A stretch of DNA of 64,000 nt from Candidatus Ventricola sp. (GTDB taxonomy: Bacteria > Bacillota > Clostridia > Christensenellales > Aristaeellaceae): positions 13,430-77,429 of the forward strand of contig JBJEUI010000218.1 in NCBI GenBank assembly GCA_051883755.1. Direction: 5' to 3'. The translations under genes were made by a program, and so were the position numbers. The number at the start of each line of letters is the position of its first letter. Positions within the stretch are counted from its first letter, which is position 1. Below are positions 9,363 through 18,344 of the stretch, in pieces. A model generated the notes under the pieces. The model was not told the origin of the DNA. It worked only from the letters and a program-made list of their open reading frames with translations, and searched no databases.

Positions 9363-10484
9363 ATGATTTATCTGGATAACGCGGCCACCAGCTTTCCCAA
9401 GCCGCGGGAGACGGTGCGCGCGATGGCAGCCGCGCTGGAAAACTGCGGCGCAAACCCCGGCCGGTCGGGCCATGCGCTTGCGCTGGCCGCGGGACGCATC
9501 GTCGAGCGCTGCCGGGAGAGCACGGCGCAGATGCTGGGCGAGGCCGACGCGTCGCGCGTGGCATTCTGCCAGAATGCGACCGACGCGCTCAACATGGCCA
9601 TTCACGGCGTTGTGCGCACCGGGGATCACGTGATCTCCACGCTGCTGGAGCACAATTCCGTGCTGCGTCCGCTGTCTGAGCTCTCGCGCAGCGGCGTCAT
9701 CACGCTGACGCTCGTGCCGCCGGATGCACAGGGACAGATTCAGGCGCAGGAGATCGAGAGGGCGATGCTCCCGCGCACACGGCTCGTCGTGATGACGCAT
9801 ATGTCCAACGTACTGGGTATGCCGCAGAACGTGGAGGCTGTGGGCAGGGTATGCAGGCGTCACGGCGTCCTGCTGCTGCTGGACTGCGCGCAGACTGCAG
9901 GCCATCTGCCGCTTCATCCAAAGGTATGGGGCTGCGATCTGCTGGCGATGCCGGGGCATAAGGGGCTGCTGGGGCCGCACGGTACCGGCGCGCTGTGGGT
10001 GCGCTCGGGCGTACAGGTTGCGCCGCTGCGCCAGGGCGGCACGGGCTCCGCGTCCGAGAGCATGTTCCAGCCCCGAATGATGCCCGACTGTCTGGAATCC
10101 GGCACGCTCAATCTGCCGGGCATTGCCGGGATGGCAGCGGGCATGAACGAGGCGATGGCGCATATGGACGAGACGCATGCACATATTGTGCACCTTTGCG
10201 ACCTGCTGCGCGGGGAGCTGATGAACATGCGCGGCGTGCGCGTATATACGCGGCCGGGAGCGTCGCTGGTGAGCTTCAATGTGGAGGGCGTGGGCTCGCA
10301 GGAGACGGCAGCGATGATGAACCGGGCAGGCATCGCCGTGCGCGGCGGTCTGCACTGTGCGCCGGGCGTGCATAGGTATTTAGGCACGCTTGACAGCGGC
10401 GCTGTGCGCGTGAGCCCGGGCATTTACAACATGCGCGAGGATGTGCTGGCGCTGGCGCGGGCCGTGGCAAGGATGACCGTGTAA
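9363..10484 (+). CDS. Class-V aminotransferase-fold cysteine desulfurase family protein (short N-terminus subfamily)
   Basis: 373 aa. Begins MIYLDNAATSFPKP, has the PLP-Lys region MPGHKGLLGPHGTG and the active-site loop RGGLHCAPG. Confidence 0.9.
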   Translation: MIYLDNAATSFPKPRETVRAMAAALENCGANPGRSGHALALAAGRIVERCRESTAQMLGEADASRVAFCQNATDALNMAIHGVVRTGDHVISTLLEHNSVLRPLSELSRSGVITLTLVPPDAQGQIQAQEIERAMLPRTRLVVMTHMSNVLGMPQNVEAVGRVCRRHGVLLLLDCAQTAGHLPLHPKVWGCDLLAMPGHKGLLGPHGTGALWVRSGVQVAPLRQGGTGSASESMFQPRMMPDCLESGTLNLPGIAGMAAGMNEAMAHMDETHAHIVHLCDLLRGELMNMRGVRVYTRPGASLVSFNVEGVGSQETAAMMNRAGIAVRGGLHCAPGVHRYLGTLDSGAVRVSPGIYNMREDVLALARAVARMTV

Positions 10485-10589
10485 GGCTAAAAAAACGGAA
10501 CAAACGGTGTGATTATTCGAAAATTGCACAAAATCATATGAAATAATCGTAAAAGTGCAAGAAAAAAGGGAAAAGAAGTCAATTTCTTC

Positions 10590-10618
10590 TTGCCAATTCG
10601 AGGGACAGTTGGTATAAT
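10590..10618 (+). promoter_or_regulatory. Sigma-A-type promoter of the ANTAR regulator gene
   Basis: TTGCCA (10590-10595), 17-nt spacer ending in TGG, then TATAAT (10613-10618). Confidence 0.7.
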
Positions 10619-10675
10619 ATCGGCATCACCGAGAATGTGCGCCGCCGACGGCGGATTGCGTGAACCAAATGGGAG

Positions 10676-11251
10676 ATGCAGACCATGACCGAGCCGATGA
10701 CCAGCCGTCTTCTGATTGCTGCCCCGCATGGGGTCGCGATGAAGCTCCGGGATATCCTTGCCACCGCGCAGATTGTGCCCAACGCCGTGCTCAGCACGGG
10801 CGAGGAGGCGCTTGAAGCGCTTGAAGACGAGCAGGCGCTGCTGCTGACCAGCTGGAGGCTGCCGGACATGACCGGCGCGGAGCTGGCCAGAAAGGCGGAT
10901 GCTGCAGGCGTGATGATGATCGTGCCGGGCGACTACGATCCCAGGGAGCTCGACGGCGCGGACGTACTGACACTGCACAACCCCATCAGTCAGGATGCGC
11001 TGATTCAGGCGGTGCGCACGATGTGCTACTGCGCGGGAAGGATGCAGGCGCTTGAGCAGAAGGCCCAGAAGCTGGAGCGCCAGCTGGCCGAGCGCAAGGT
11101 GATCGAGCGCGCGAAGGGCCGCCTGATGGACGCGCTGCACCTGTCCGAGAGCGAAGCGCATTACCGCATGCAGAAGAAGAGCATGGATACCGGCCGCCGC
11201 ATCGTGGACGTAGCGCAGGAGATCCTGGACAGCGTGGAGATCGCCAGCTGA
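10676..11251 (+). CDS. ANTAR-domain RNA-binding antiterminator with a degenerate (pseudo-)receiver domain
   Basis: The C-terminal segment ERAKGRLMDALHLSESEAHYRMQKKSMDTGRRIVDVAQEIL is an ANTAR domain. The N-terminal REC-like fold lacks the acidic pocket. The start may be ATG 10685, which has better spacing to GGGAG. Confidence 0.85.
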   Translation: MQTMTEPMTSRLLIAAPHGVAMKLRDILATAQIVPNAVLSTGEEALEALEDEQALLLTSWRLPDMTGAELARKADAAGVMMIVPGDYDPRELDGADVLTLHNPISQDALIQAVRTMCYCAGRMQALEQKAQKLERQLAERKVIERAKGRLMDALHLSESEAHYRMQKKSMDTGRRIVDVAQEILDSVEIAS

Positions 11252-11258
11252 ATACACG

Positions 11259-11299
11259 GCAGCCCTGCTTCCGAAATGAGGAAACGGGGCTGTTTTTTT
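11259..11299 (+). terminator. Intrinsic terminator after the ANTAR gene
   Basis: GCAGCCCTG...CGGGGCTG stem followed by TTTTTTT. Confidence 0.8.
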
Positions 11300-11341
11300 A
11301 TGCTTTTTGTGCTATAATGGCGGATAAATCATCAGGAAGGG

Positions 11342-11911
11342 GTGCGAAAACGCATGAAGTTCAAAAGAGAAATTCTGCTGAAGACCGGCGAGCCGCTGCT
11401 GCTGCGCAGCCTGAGCGCGCAGGACGCGAAGCAGGCGCTGGCCGTGTGCAGGAAGACGGCGGGCGAGACGCTCAATCTGCTCCGCTACGAGGACGAGTGG
11501 ACGATGACGACAGAGCAGGAAGAGTCGTTCATCAGGAAGATGGAGGACGATCCGAAGGCGCTGATGCTGGGTGCGTTTTGGGGAGACACGCTCGTGGGCA
11601 TCGGCAGCTTCCAGCCCTGCGCCCCGGTGGATCGGGCGCGCCATCGCGCAGAACTGGGCATCTGCATTTTGAAGGCGTACTGGGGCTGCGGCATCGGCAC
11701 GGCGATCATGGAGACGCTCGTGGGCGAGGTGAAGAAGACGCCGGTTGAGCAATTGGAGCTGGAGGTCGTCAGCGCGAACGAGCGGGCCATTTCCCTGTAC
11801 GAGCGCTTTGGTTTCGTCGAGTTTGGACGCCATCCGAGAAAGCTGAAATACCGTGACGGAACGTACGCGGATATGGTGCTGATGATGCTTGACCTGCGGG
11901 CGAAGGCGTGA
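11342..11911 (+). CDS. GNAT-family N-acetyltransferase
   Basis: 189 aa. The acetyl-CoA-binding region is ICILKAYWGCGIGTAIME...NERAISLYERFGFVEFG. TGCTATAAT at 11310-11318 lies upstream. The start could be GTG 11342 or ATG 11354. Confidence 0.85.
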   Translation: MRKRMKFKREILLKTGEPLLLRSLSAQDAKQALAVCRKTAGETLNLLRYEDEWTMTTEQEESFIRKMEDDPKALMLGAFWGDTLVGIGSFQPCAPVDRARHRAELGICILKAYWGCGIGTAIMETLVGEVKKTPVEQLELEVVSANERAISLYERFGFVEFGRHPRKLKYRDGTYADMVLMMLDLRAKA

Positions 11912-12106
11912 TACAATCAGGCTGAGAATGGAAAGAAAGGGGGCTTCCCTGTGGGCTGGAAGCTGCGCATTGTACGGACCCAAAAAGGCTGCTGTGTGCC
12001 GGCTTACGGGAGAAGTGTACCCTTTTTGGCCGCATAACAGGCAAAAAGAAGCATAGACACCTCTCCCGATCAAACGAAGCAATCGATTTGAAAGGGAGTT
12101 TTTTTG

Positions 12107-13204
12107 ATGAGGTTTGAACTTAAATCCCAGCTTGTCAAGCTGCTGGGTCATTCGGCGCTGACCAGCTTTCAGCTGGCGGGCGCGGCGTGGGTGGCGCTGC
12201 TGGCAGCGCGCGGCTTTTCGATGGTGGAGATCGGCGTGGCGGAGAGCGTATTTCACGTGGCCAGCCTGCTCTTTGAGATTCCGTCCGGCGTGCTCTCTGA
12301 CGTCTTTGGGCGAAAGCGTTCGCTGGCTTTGGGGCGGCTGGCAGGCATGGCGTCCTCGCTGCTGATGGCCTTTTCAAACGGGCTGTCCGGCGTATGCCTG
12401 GCGATGGTGCTTTGCGCGTTCAGCTATAACTTCGATTCCGGCGCGCGCGAGGCGCTGGCCTATGACAGCCTGAAGGCGCACGGCAGAGAAGGGGATTACC
12501 TTCGGTATTCGTCGCTGGACATGGCGATTTATCGCGTGGGCCGTGCGGGCGCGGTGCTGCTGGTGGGCCTGGCGCTGGCAATGGGCCAACGGCTGGCATA
12601 CCTGCTGGACGCGGCGCTGAATCTTCTCTGCCTGCTCGTGGTGCTCACGCTTGACGAGGCGGTGATCGAGCCGGTATGCCATGAGCAAAAGGGCGCGCAG
12701 CGAATTGCGTCCTGCGTGCGCGAAACGGTTCGCTTTCTGCTGACGCAGGCAAAAGCGCGCAGGCTGATGCTGCTCAACGCATTTTCCGGAGCGATTGCAA
12801 CGCTCCTCGCGTTCTTCCTGCAGGCGCGGCTGCCGCTTGCGGGGCTAGAGCATGCGTACCTGGGCCCGGCGCTGTTTGTAATGAGTCTGGGCGGCGCGGT
12901 CGGCTCGCGTCTGGCGCTGCACCTTGCCGGGGTGCGCTATCGCAGGCTGTACGCGCTGTGCCTTGGCGGCATACTGGCCGGTCTGCTGCTGGGCGCGGGC
13001 CATGTCCCGGCGGCGATGGCCGCGGGCGGCTTTGCAGCGAACATGTTTGACGATCTGCTGCAGGTGCGCACCGACAGCCTGCTCAACGAGCAGTTCCCGT
13101 CCTCGCAGCGCTCGACGCTGATGTCGGTTGCCTCGCTGTGCTTTTCGCTGGTGATGATCGGCATGTCGCCGCTGGCGGGCGGATTTTTTGCGATGCTGCC
13201 ATAA
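12107..13204 (+). CDS. MFS transporter
   Basis: About 12 predicted hydrophobic helices. Contains an MFS loop motif, LSDVFGRKRSLALG. An AAAGGGAG RBS lies 8 nt upstream of ATG 12107. Confidence 0.85.
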   Translation: MRFELKSQLVKLLGHSALTSFQLAGAAWVALLAARGFSMVEIGVAESVFHVASLLFEIPSGVLSDVFGRKRSLALGRLAGMASSLLMAFSNGLSGVCLAMVLCAFSYNFDSGAREALAYDSLKAHGREGDYLRYSSLDMAIYRVGRAGAVLLVGLALAMGQRLAYLLDAALNLLCLLVVLTLDEAVIEPVCHEQKGAQRIASCVRETVRFLLTQAKARRLMLLNAFSGAIATLLAFFLQARLPLAGLEHAYLGPALFVMSLGGAVGSRLALHLAGVRYRRLYALCLGGILAGLLLGAGHVPAAMAAGGFAANMFDDLLQVRTDSLLNEQFPSSQRSTLMSVASLCFSLVMIGMSPLAGGFFAMLP

Positions 13205-13209
13205 GAAAA

Positions 13210-13235
13210 GGCCGTCTTCCCGAGGGAGGACGGCC
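13210..13235. terminator. Shared hairpin between the convergent MFS and rarA genes (U-run only on the minus strand)
   Basis: GGCCGTCTTCCC-ga-GGGAGGACGGCC. The minus-strand reading is followed by TTTTCTT. Confidence 0.6.
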
Positions 13236-13291
13236 CGGTTGATGCCTGGCGTGAAAATCGAGCCTGTTGTAATTCGATACAGCATAAGGCC

Positions 13292-14605
13292 TTATGGGTC
13301 GATGATCCCGCGCGCCCTTCTGCGTTCGCGCAGCTTGAGCTCCTGGCCCTGGTCGGACGGGATGTAGTAGCGGCGGCCCTTCACCTCGGGCGGCATATAC
13401 TCCTGCTTCACATAGTGCCCGGGGTAGTCGTGCGGATACTTGTATGCATCGCCCTTCGCGCCCACGCGTTCGTTGCCGCTGTAATGCGTGTCGCGCAGAT
13501 AGGCGGGCACCGGGCCGAAGCCGCCCTTCTCCGCGTCGGCGACGGCCTGATCCAGCGCCATGACGACGGAATTGGACTTGGGGCTTTCGCATACGGCGAT
13601 GATCGCCTGGGCGAGGGACAGCCGCGCCTCCGGCAGGCCGACCGTCTCCAGCGCCTGACTGGCGGCGACGGCCTGCAGCATGGCGGTGGGATTGGCCAGG
13701 CCGACGTCCTCACTCGCGTGCGCGATGATGCGCCGGGCGATGAGCCGGGGATCCACGCCCGCGTACAGCAGGCGCGCAAACCACGCCAGCGCCGCGTCCG
13801 CGTCGCTGCCGCGCAGGCTCTTGCAGAACGCGGAGAGCATGTCGTAATACAGCGATTCGTCGCAGCGGATGACGGGCTTCTGAATGGACTCCTCCGCGAC
13901 GGCGAGCGTTACATGGATGGCGCCGCTGCCGTCCGGGTCCGTGGTGAGCACGGCCAGCTCCAGCGCGCCCAGCGCAGAGCGCACATCGCCGTTGGCGATG
14001 CGGGCGATATGCTGCGCCGCGTCGGGATCGAGCTTCACGTTTCTGCCGCCGAAGCCGCGCTCGCAGTCGGAAAGCGCGCGCTCCATCGCCAGCAGCACGT
14101 CCGCTTCACCCAGCGGCTCAAACTGGAAGATGCGGCACCGGCTCACGATGGCCGGGGTCATGGCGACCAGCGGGTTCTCCGTCGTGGAGCCGATGAAGCG
14201 CACCACGCCGCGCTCGATGGCGGGCAGGATGGAATCGGACTGGGACTTGCTCCATCGGTGGCACTCGTCCAGCAGCAGGTACGTCGTCTGGCCGTAGAGC
14301 GAGCGGCGGTCCTGCGCCTCCTTGATGACCTTGCGCACATCGGCCACGCCGCTGGTGACGGCGTTGAGCTGCACGAACGCGGCGTTAGTCGTGTTCGCGA
14401 TGATGGAGGCGAGCGTCGTCTTGCCGCAGCCGGGCGGGCCATAGAAGATGGAGGAGGTCATGCGGTCGGCCTCGATGGCGCGGCGCAGAAGGCGCCCCGG
14501 GCCGACGATGTGCCGCTGGCCGATGAATTCGTCGAGCGTGCGTGGGCGCATGCGGTCGGCCAGCGGGCTGAGCGCGGCGTCCTGCGTGGAAAACAGATCC
14601 TGCAT
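13292..14605 (-). CDS. rarA: Replication-associated recombination protein A (AAA+ ATPase)
   Basis: ATG 14605 is preceded by GGAGG. Contains Walker A GPPGCGKTT and the MgsA C-terminal region. The 44 upstream codons in the ORF track were rejected. Confidence 0.9.
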   Translation of the reverse strand: MQDLFSTQDAALSPLADRMRPRTLDEFIGQRHIVGPGRLLRRAIEADRMTSSIFYGPPGCGKTTLASIIANTTNAAFVQLNAVTSGVADVRKVIKEAQDRRSLYGQTTYLLLDECHRWSKSQSDSILPAIERGVVRFIGSTTENPLVAMTPAIVSRCRIFQFEPLGEADVLLAMERALSDCERGFGGRNVKLDPDAAQHIARIANGDVRSALGALELAVLTTDPDGSGAIHVTLAVAEESIQKPVIRCDESLYYDMLSAFCKSLRGSDADAALAWFARLLYAGVDPRLIARRIIAHASEDVGLANPTAMLQAVAASQALETVGLPEARLSLAQAIIAVCESPKSNSVVMALDQAVADAEKGGFGPVPAYLRDTHYSGNERVGAKGDAYKYPHDYPGHYVKQEYMPPEVKGRRYYIPSDQGQELKLRERRRARGIIDP

Positions 14606-14752
14606 GATGACCTCCGGGATGATAGGATGTGCTCTTATTATATCGTCCTGCGCGGGAAAAGACAAGCGGGGACAGCCGGTTTGCCGCTGCGGACAGGGCA
14701 CAGGGCCATCGCTGCGAAATGGCAGGGCAAGGGACAAATTTTTTCAAAGCAC

Positions 14753-14781
14753 TTTACAAATTCAAAAAAAACGGGTATCAT
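14753..14781 (+). promoter_or_regulatory. Promoter of the ileS T-box leader
   Basis: TTTACA (14753-14758), 17-nt spacer, TATCAT (14776-14781). Confidence 0.55.
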
Positions 14782-14794
14782 ATTCGCGTATATT

Positions 14795-15050
14795 GCTAAA
14801 CGCGAATGAGACAGGACGCTGCCGCGACGAGCGCGAAGAGAGCCGGAGGCTGGTGAAATTCCGGACGGGAGGCGCGGCGAGGAATCACTTGTCCAGCGGC
14901 TTCGCTGAACCCCCTGCGGGCTAGGCGAGGACGGACAGCCACGTTACGGCGCAATGAAGTGCGCACGGCGCATGCGGAGAAGCCGCATGCCGGTGCGAAT
15001 TTGGGTGGTACCGCGAGCAGCCTCGTCCCAATGGGATGAAGGCTGCTTTT
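14795..15050 (+). promoter_or_regulatory. T-box leader (tRNA-sensing riboswitch), isoleucine specifier AUC
   Basis: AGAGAG at about 14836. Candidate specifier gGAATCAc has ATC at 14884-14886 followed by a purine. The conserved T-box AATTTGGGTGGTACCGCG is at 14998-15016. Terminator GCAGCC...GGCTGC-TTTT is at 15017-15050, directly upstream of ileS. Confidence 0.85.
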
Positions 15051-15080
15051 ATATTCACCGAGAGTTGGAGGAAAAGGATC

Positions 15081-18000
15081 ATGTATCAGAAGGTTTCGAC
15101 CGACATGAACTTTGTCGCCCGCGAGGAAGAGGTTATCAAGTTCTGGCGGGAAAACGACGTGTTCAAGAAGAGCGTGGCGCTTCGCAAGGGCGCGCCCGCG
15201 TTCACCTTCTTTGACGGCCCGCCCACGGCCAACGGAAAGCCGCATATCGGCCACGTGGAAACCCGCGCCATCAAGGACATCATCCCACGCTACCGCACGA
15301 TGAAGGGCTACGACGTGCTGCGCAAGGCCGGCTGGGATACCCACGGCCTGCCGGTCGAGCTGGAGGTCGAGAAGCTGCTGGGCCTGGACGGCAAGCCGCA
15401 GATCGAGAAGTACGGCATCGAGCCGTTCATCAAGGAGTGCAAGAAGTCCGTCTGGAAGTACAAGACCGAGTGGGAGGAGATGTCTGAGCGCGTCGGCTAC
15501 TGGGCGGACATGGAGAACCCGTACATCACCTACGACGACAACTACATCGAGTCCGAGTGGTGGTCTCTCAAGGAGATCCACAAGAAGGGCCTGCTCTACA
15601 AGGGCCACAAGATCGTCCCGTACTGCCCGCGCTGCGGCACCGCGCTGTCCAGCCACGAGGTTGCGCAGGGCTACAAGAACGTGAAGGAGACCTCTGCGTA
15701 CGTCCGCTTTGCGGTCAAGGGCGAGGACAATACTTACTTCCTCGCGTGGACGACCACCCCGTGGACGCTCCCGTCTAACCTCGCGCTGTGCGTGAACCCG
15801 CACGACACCTACTGCAGGTTTGTCGTCGACGGCCAGACCATCATCATGGCCAAGGCGCTGATTGACGCCTGCTTCCCGGGGAAGGAGATCGAGGTGCTCG
15901 CCGAGATGCCCGGCAGCGAGCTCAAGGGCATGGAGTATGTCCCGCTGTTTGACTTCGCCGTGGGCAAGCTCAAGAAGAAGGCCTGGTTCGTGGTGTGCGA
16001 CGAGTACGTCACGATGAGCGACGGCACCGGCATCGTCCACATCGCGCCGGCGTTCGGCGAGGACGACAACCGCGTCTGCCGCGAGAACGACGTGCCGTTC
16101 GTCAACTTCGTCGACGGCCAGGGCAGGATGACCGAGGAGACCAAGTGGCCGGGCGTGTTCGTCAAGGACGCCGACGCGCTGGTGCTCGAGGACCTGAAGG
16201 AGCGCGGCCTGCTGTTTGCCGCCGTGCCGTTCGCGCACGACTATCCGTTCTGCTGGCGCTGCGACACCCCGCTGATCTACTATGCCCGCCAGAGCTGGTT
16301 CATCAAGATGACCGCCGTGCACGATCAGCTGATGAAGAACAACCGCGCCGTCAACTGGATGCCGGACAACATCAAGGAAGGCCGCATGGGCAACTTCCTC
16401 GATAACGTCATCGACTGGGGCCTCTCCCGTGAGCGCTACTGGGGCACGCCGCTGCCGGTGTGGACCTGCGAATGCGGCCACATCCACGTCATCGGCTCCA
16501 AGCAGGAGCTGCGCGAGATGGCGACCACCGAGATCGGCGAGATCGAGCTGCACCGCCCGTACATCGACAATGTCGTGCTGAAGTGTCCGGAGTGCGGCGG
16601 CGAGATGCACCGCGAGAAGGAAGTCATCGACTGCTGGTACGATTCCGGCTCCATGCCGTTCGCCCAGTGGCACTATCCGTTTGAGAACAAGGAGCAGTTT
16701 GAGCGCCGCTTCCCGGCGAACTTCATCTCCGAGGCGATCGACCAGACCCGCGGCTGGTTCTACACGCTGCTGGCGATCTCCACCTGCCTGTTTGACACCA
16801 ACCCGTTCGAGAACTGCGTGGTCATGGGCCATGTGCAGGACAAGGACGGCCAGAAGATGAGCAAGCACAAGGGCAACGTCGTCGATCCGTGGACCGTCCT
16901 CAACGCGCAGGGCGCCGACGCCGTCCGCTGGTTCTTCTACAACAACGCCGCGCCGTGGCTGCCCAAGCGCTTCCATGCCAAGGCGATCGAGGAATCCCAG
17001 CGCAAGTACATGGGCACCCTGTGGAACACCTACGCGTTCTTCATCCTCTACGCCGAGATCGACCAGTTCGATCCCAAGGCGCATCCGCTTGACAAGGTTG
17101 AGCTGAGCCTGATGGACAAGTGGGCGCTGTCCCGCCTGAATACGCTGGTGAAGCACGTGGACGAGCACCTGGAGAACTACCGCGTGACCGAGGCCTCCCG
17201 CGAGATGGTGGACTTCGTGGACGACCTGTCCAACTGGTACGTCCGCCGCAGCCGCGAGCGCTTCTGGGGCAAGGGCATGGCCGGCGACAAGGAAGCCGCG
17301 TTCGCCACGCTGTACCACATCCTGGAGACCATGTCCCGCCTGACCGCGCCGTTTACGCCGTTCATGGCCGAGAGCATGTACCGCAACCTCGTGTGCTCCG
17401 TGGACGCCGCCGCGCCGATCTCCGTGCACCTCACCGATTTCCCGGTGTGCGACGAGAGCATGATCAATCCGGAGCTCGAGGAGAACATGAAGGCGCTGCT
17501 GGACGTCGTCATCCAGGGCCGCGGCGCCCGCGCGGAGTCCGGCCTGAAGGTGCGCCAGCCGCTGGCGAAGATGATCGTCTCCGGCGTGACGCTGCCGCAG
17601 GACCTGTGCGCGCTGGCCGCCGACGAGCTCAACGTCAAGGCTGTGGAGTTCACCGACGACACCACCGCGTTCATGACCTACCAGCTCAAGCCGCAGATGC
17701 GCACGCTGGGCAAGAAGTACGGCAAGCTGCTCAAGGCCATCGGCGAGAAGCTGACCACGCTGGACGGCAACGAGGTCGTGAAGAACTTCGAGGCGGGCAA
17801 CACGCTGACCTTCGAGCTGGACGGCACTCAGATCGTCCTGGAGAAGGACGACGTGCTCACCGCGCCGATGAAGAAGCCGGGCTATGTCGTGGCGACCGAC
17901 CGTGACGTGACCGTGGCGCTGGATACGAACCTGAACGACGCGCTGATCGCCGAGGGCTTTGCCCGCGAGGTGGTCTCCAAGCTGCAGACGATGCGCAAGG

Positions 18001-18209
18001 AAGCGGGCTTCGAGGTGACCGACCGCATCCTCGTGACCGTGAAGACCGCGGACGAGAAGCTCGCCGCGATCGTGGCCGAGAACGCGGAGACCATCAAGGC
18101 CGGCGTGCTGGCGCTGGAGGTGGTTCTCGCGGATGCCGCCGAGGGCGCGTACACGAAGGACTGGAGCATCAACGGCATTGACGCGACGCTCTCCGTCCGC
18201 AAGGTGTAA
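15081..18209 (+). CDS. ileS: Isoleucine--tRNA ligase (long, type-2-like form)
   Basis: ATG 15081 lies 8 nt after GGAGGA. HIGH motif PHIGH and KMSKS motif KMSKH are present. The protein is about 1040 aa. The ORF-track start at 15036 lies inside the T-box terminator. Confidence 0.97.
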   Translation: MYQKVSTDMNFVAREEEVIKFWRENDVFKKSVALRKGAPAFTFFDGPPTANGKPHIGHVETRAIKDIIPRYRTMKGYDVLRKAGWDTHGLPVELEVEKLLGLDGKPQIEKYGIEPFIKECKKSVWKYKTEWEEMSERVGYWADMENPYITYDDNYIESEWWSLKEIHKKGLLYKGHKIVPYCPRCGTALSSHEVAQGYKNVKETSAYVRFAVKGEDNTYFLAWTTTPWTLPSNLALCVNPHDTYCRFVVDGQTIIMAKALIDACFPGKEIEVLAEMPGSELKGMEYVPLFDFAVGKLKKKAWFVVCDEYVTMSDGTGIVHIAPAFGEDDNRVCRENDVPFVNFVDGQGRMTEETKWPGVFVKDADALVLEDLKERGLLFAAVPFAHDYPFCWRCDTPLIYYARQSWFIKMTAVHDQLMKNNRAVNWMPDNIKEGRMGNFLDNVIDWGLSRERYWGTPLPVWTCECGHIHVIGSKQELREMATTEIGEIELHRPYIDNVVLKCPECGGEMHREKEVIDCWYDSGSMPFAQWHYPFENKEQFERRFPANFISEAIDQTRGWFYTLLAISTCLFDTNPFENCVVMGHVQDKDGQKMSKHKGNVVDPWTVLNAQGADAVRWFFYNNAAPWLPKRFHAKAIEESQRKYMGTLWNTYAFFILYAEIDQFDPKAHPLDKVELSLMDKWALSRLNTLVKHVDEHLENYRVTEASREMVDFVDDLSNWYVRRSRERFWGKGMAGDKEAAFATLYHILETMSRLTAPFTPFMAESMYRNLVCSVDAAAPISVHLTDFPVCDESMINPELEENMKALLDVVIQGRGARAESGLKVRQPLAKMIVSGVTLPQDLCALAADELNVKAVEFTDDTTAFMTYQLKPQMRTLGKKYGKLLKAIGEKLTTLDGNEVVKNFEAGNTLTFELDGTQIVLEKDDVLTAPMKKPGYVVATDRDVTVALDTNLNDALIAEGFAREVVSKLQTMRKEAGFEVTDRILVTVKTADEKLAAIVAENAETIKAGVLALEVVLADAAEGAYTKDWSINGIDATLSVRKV

Positions 18210-18300
18210 GTCAATAGGCCTTCCCCTGTGGGGAAGGTGCATGCCGAAGGCATGACGGATGAGGTTCTTGCGCGCGGGGACCTCACCCGCCCTTCGGGCA

Positions 18301-18327
18301 CCCTCCCCATAGGGGAGGGTTTCTTTA
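18301..18327 (+). terminator. Intrinsic terminator after ileS
   Basis: CCCTCCCC-ata-GGGGAGGG followed by TTTCTTT. It is the last of four consecutive hairpins. Confidence 0.7.
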
Positions 18328-18344
18328 GAAAGCGAATTGTCAAG

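Noticed and set aside
11912-12106. Possible riboswitch or ANTAR target upstream of the MFS gene (hairpin GCTTCC...GGAAGC and CCAAAAAGG...CCTTTTTGG pairing)
   Set aside because: The loops are not the A..G hexaloops expected for ANTAR substrates. I recognise no known riboswitch core. It is left as unexplained structure only.
14881-14890. Alternative reading of the ileS specifier as UCA (Ser) in GGAATCAC
   Set aside because: UCA would be followed by C rather than the conserved purine. AUC-A fits the T-box rule and the downstream gene is ileS.
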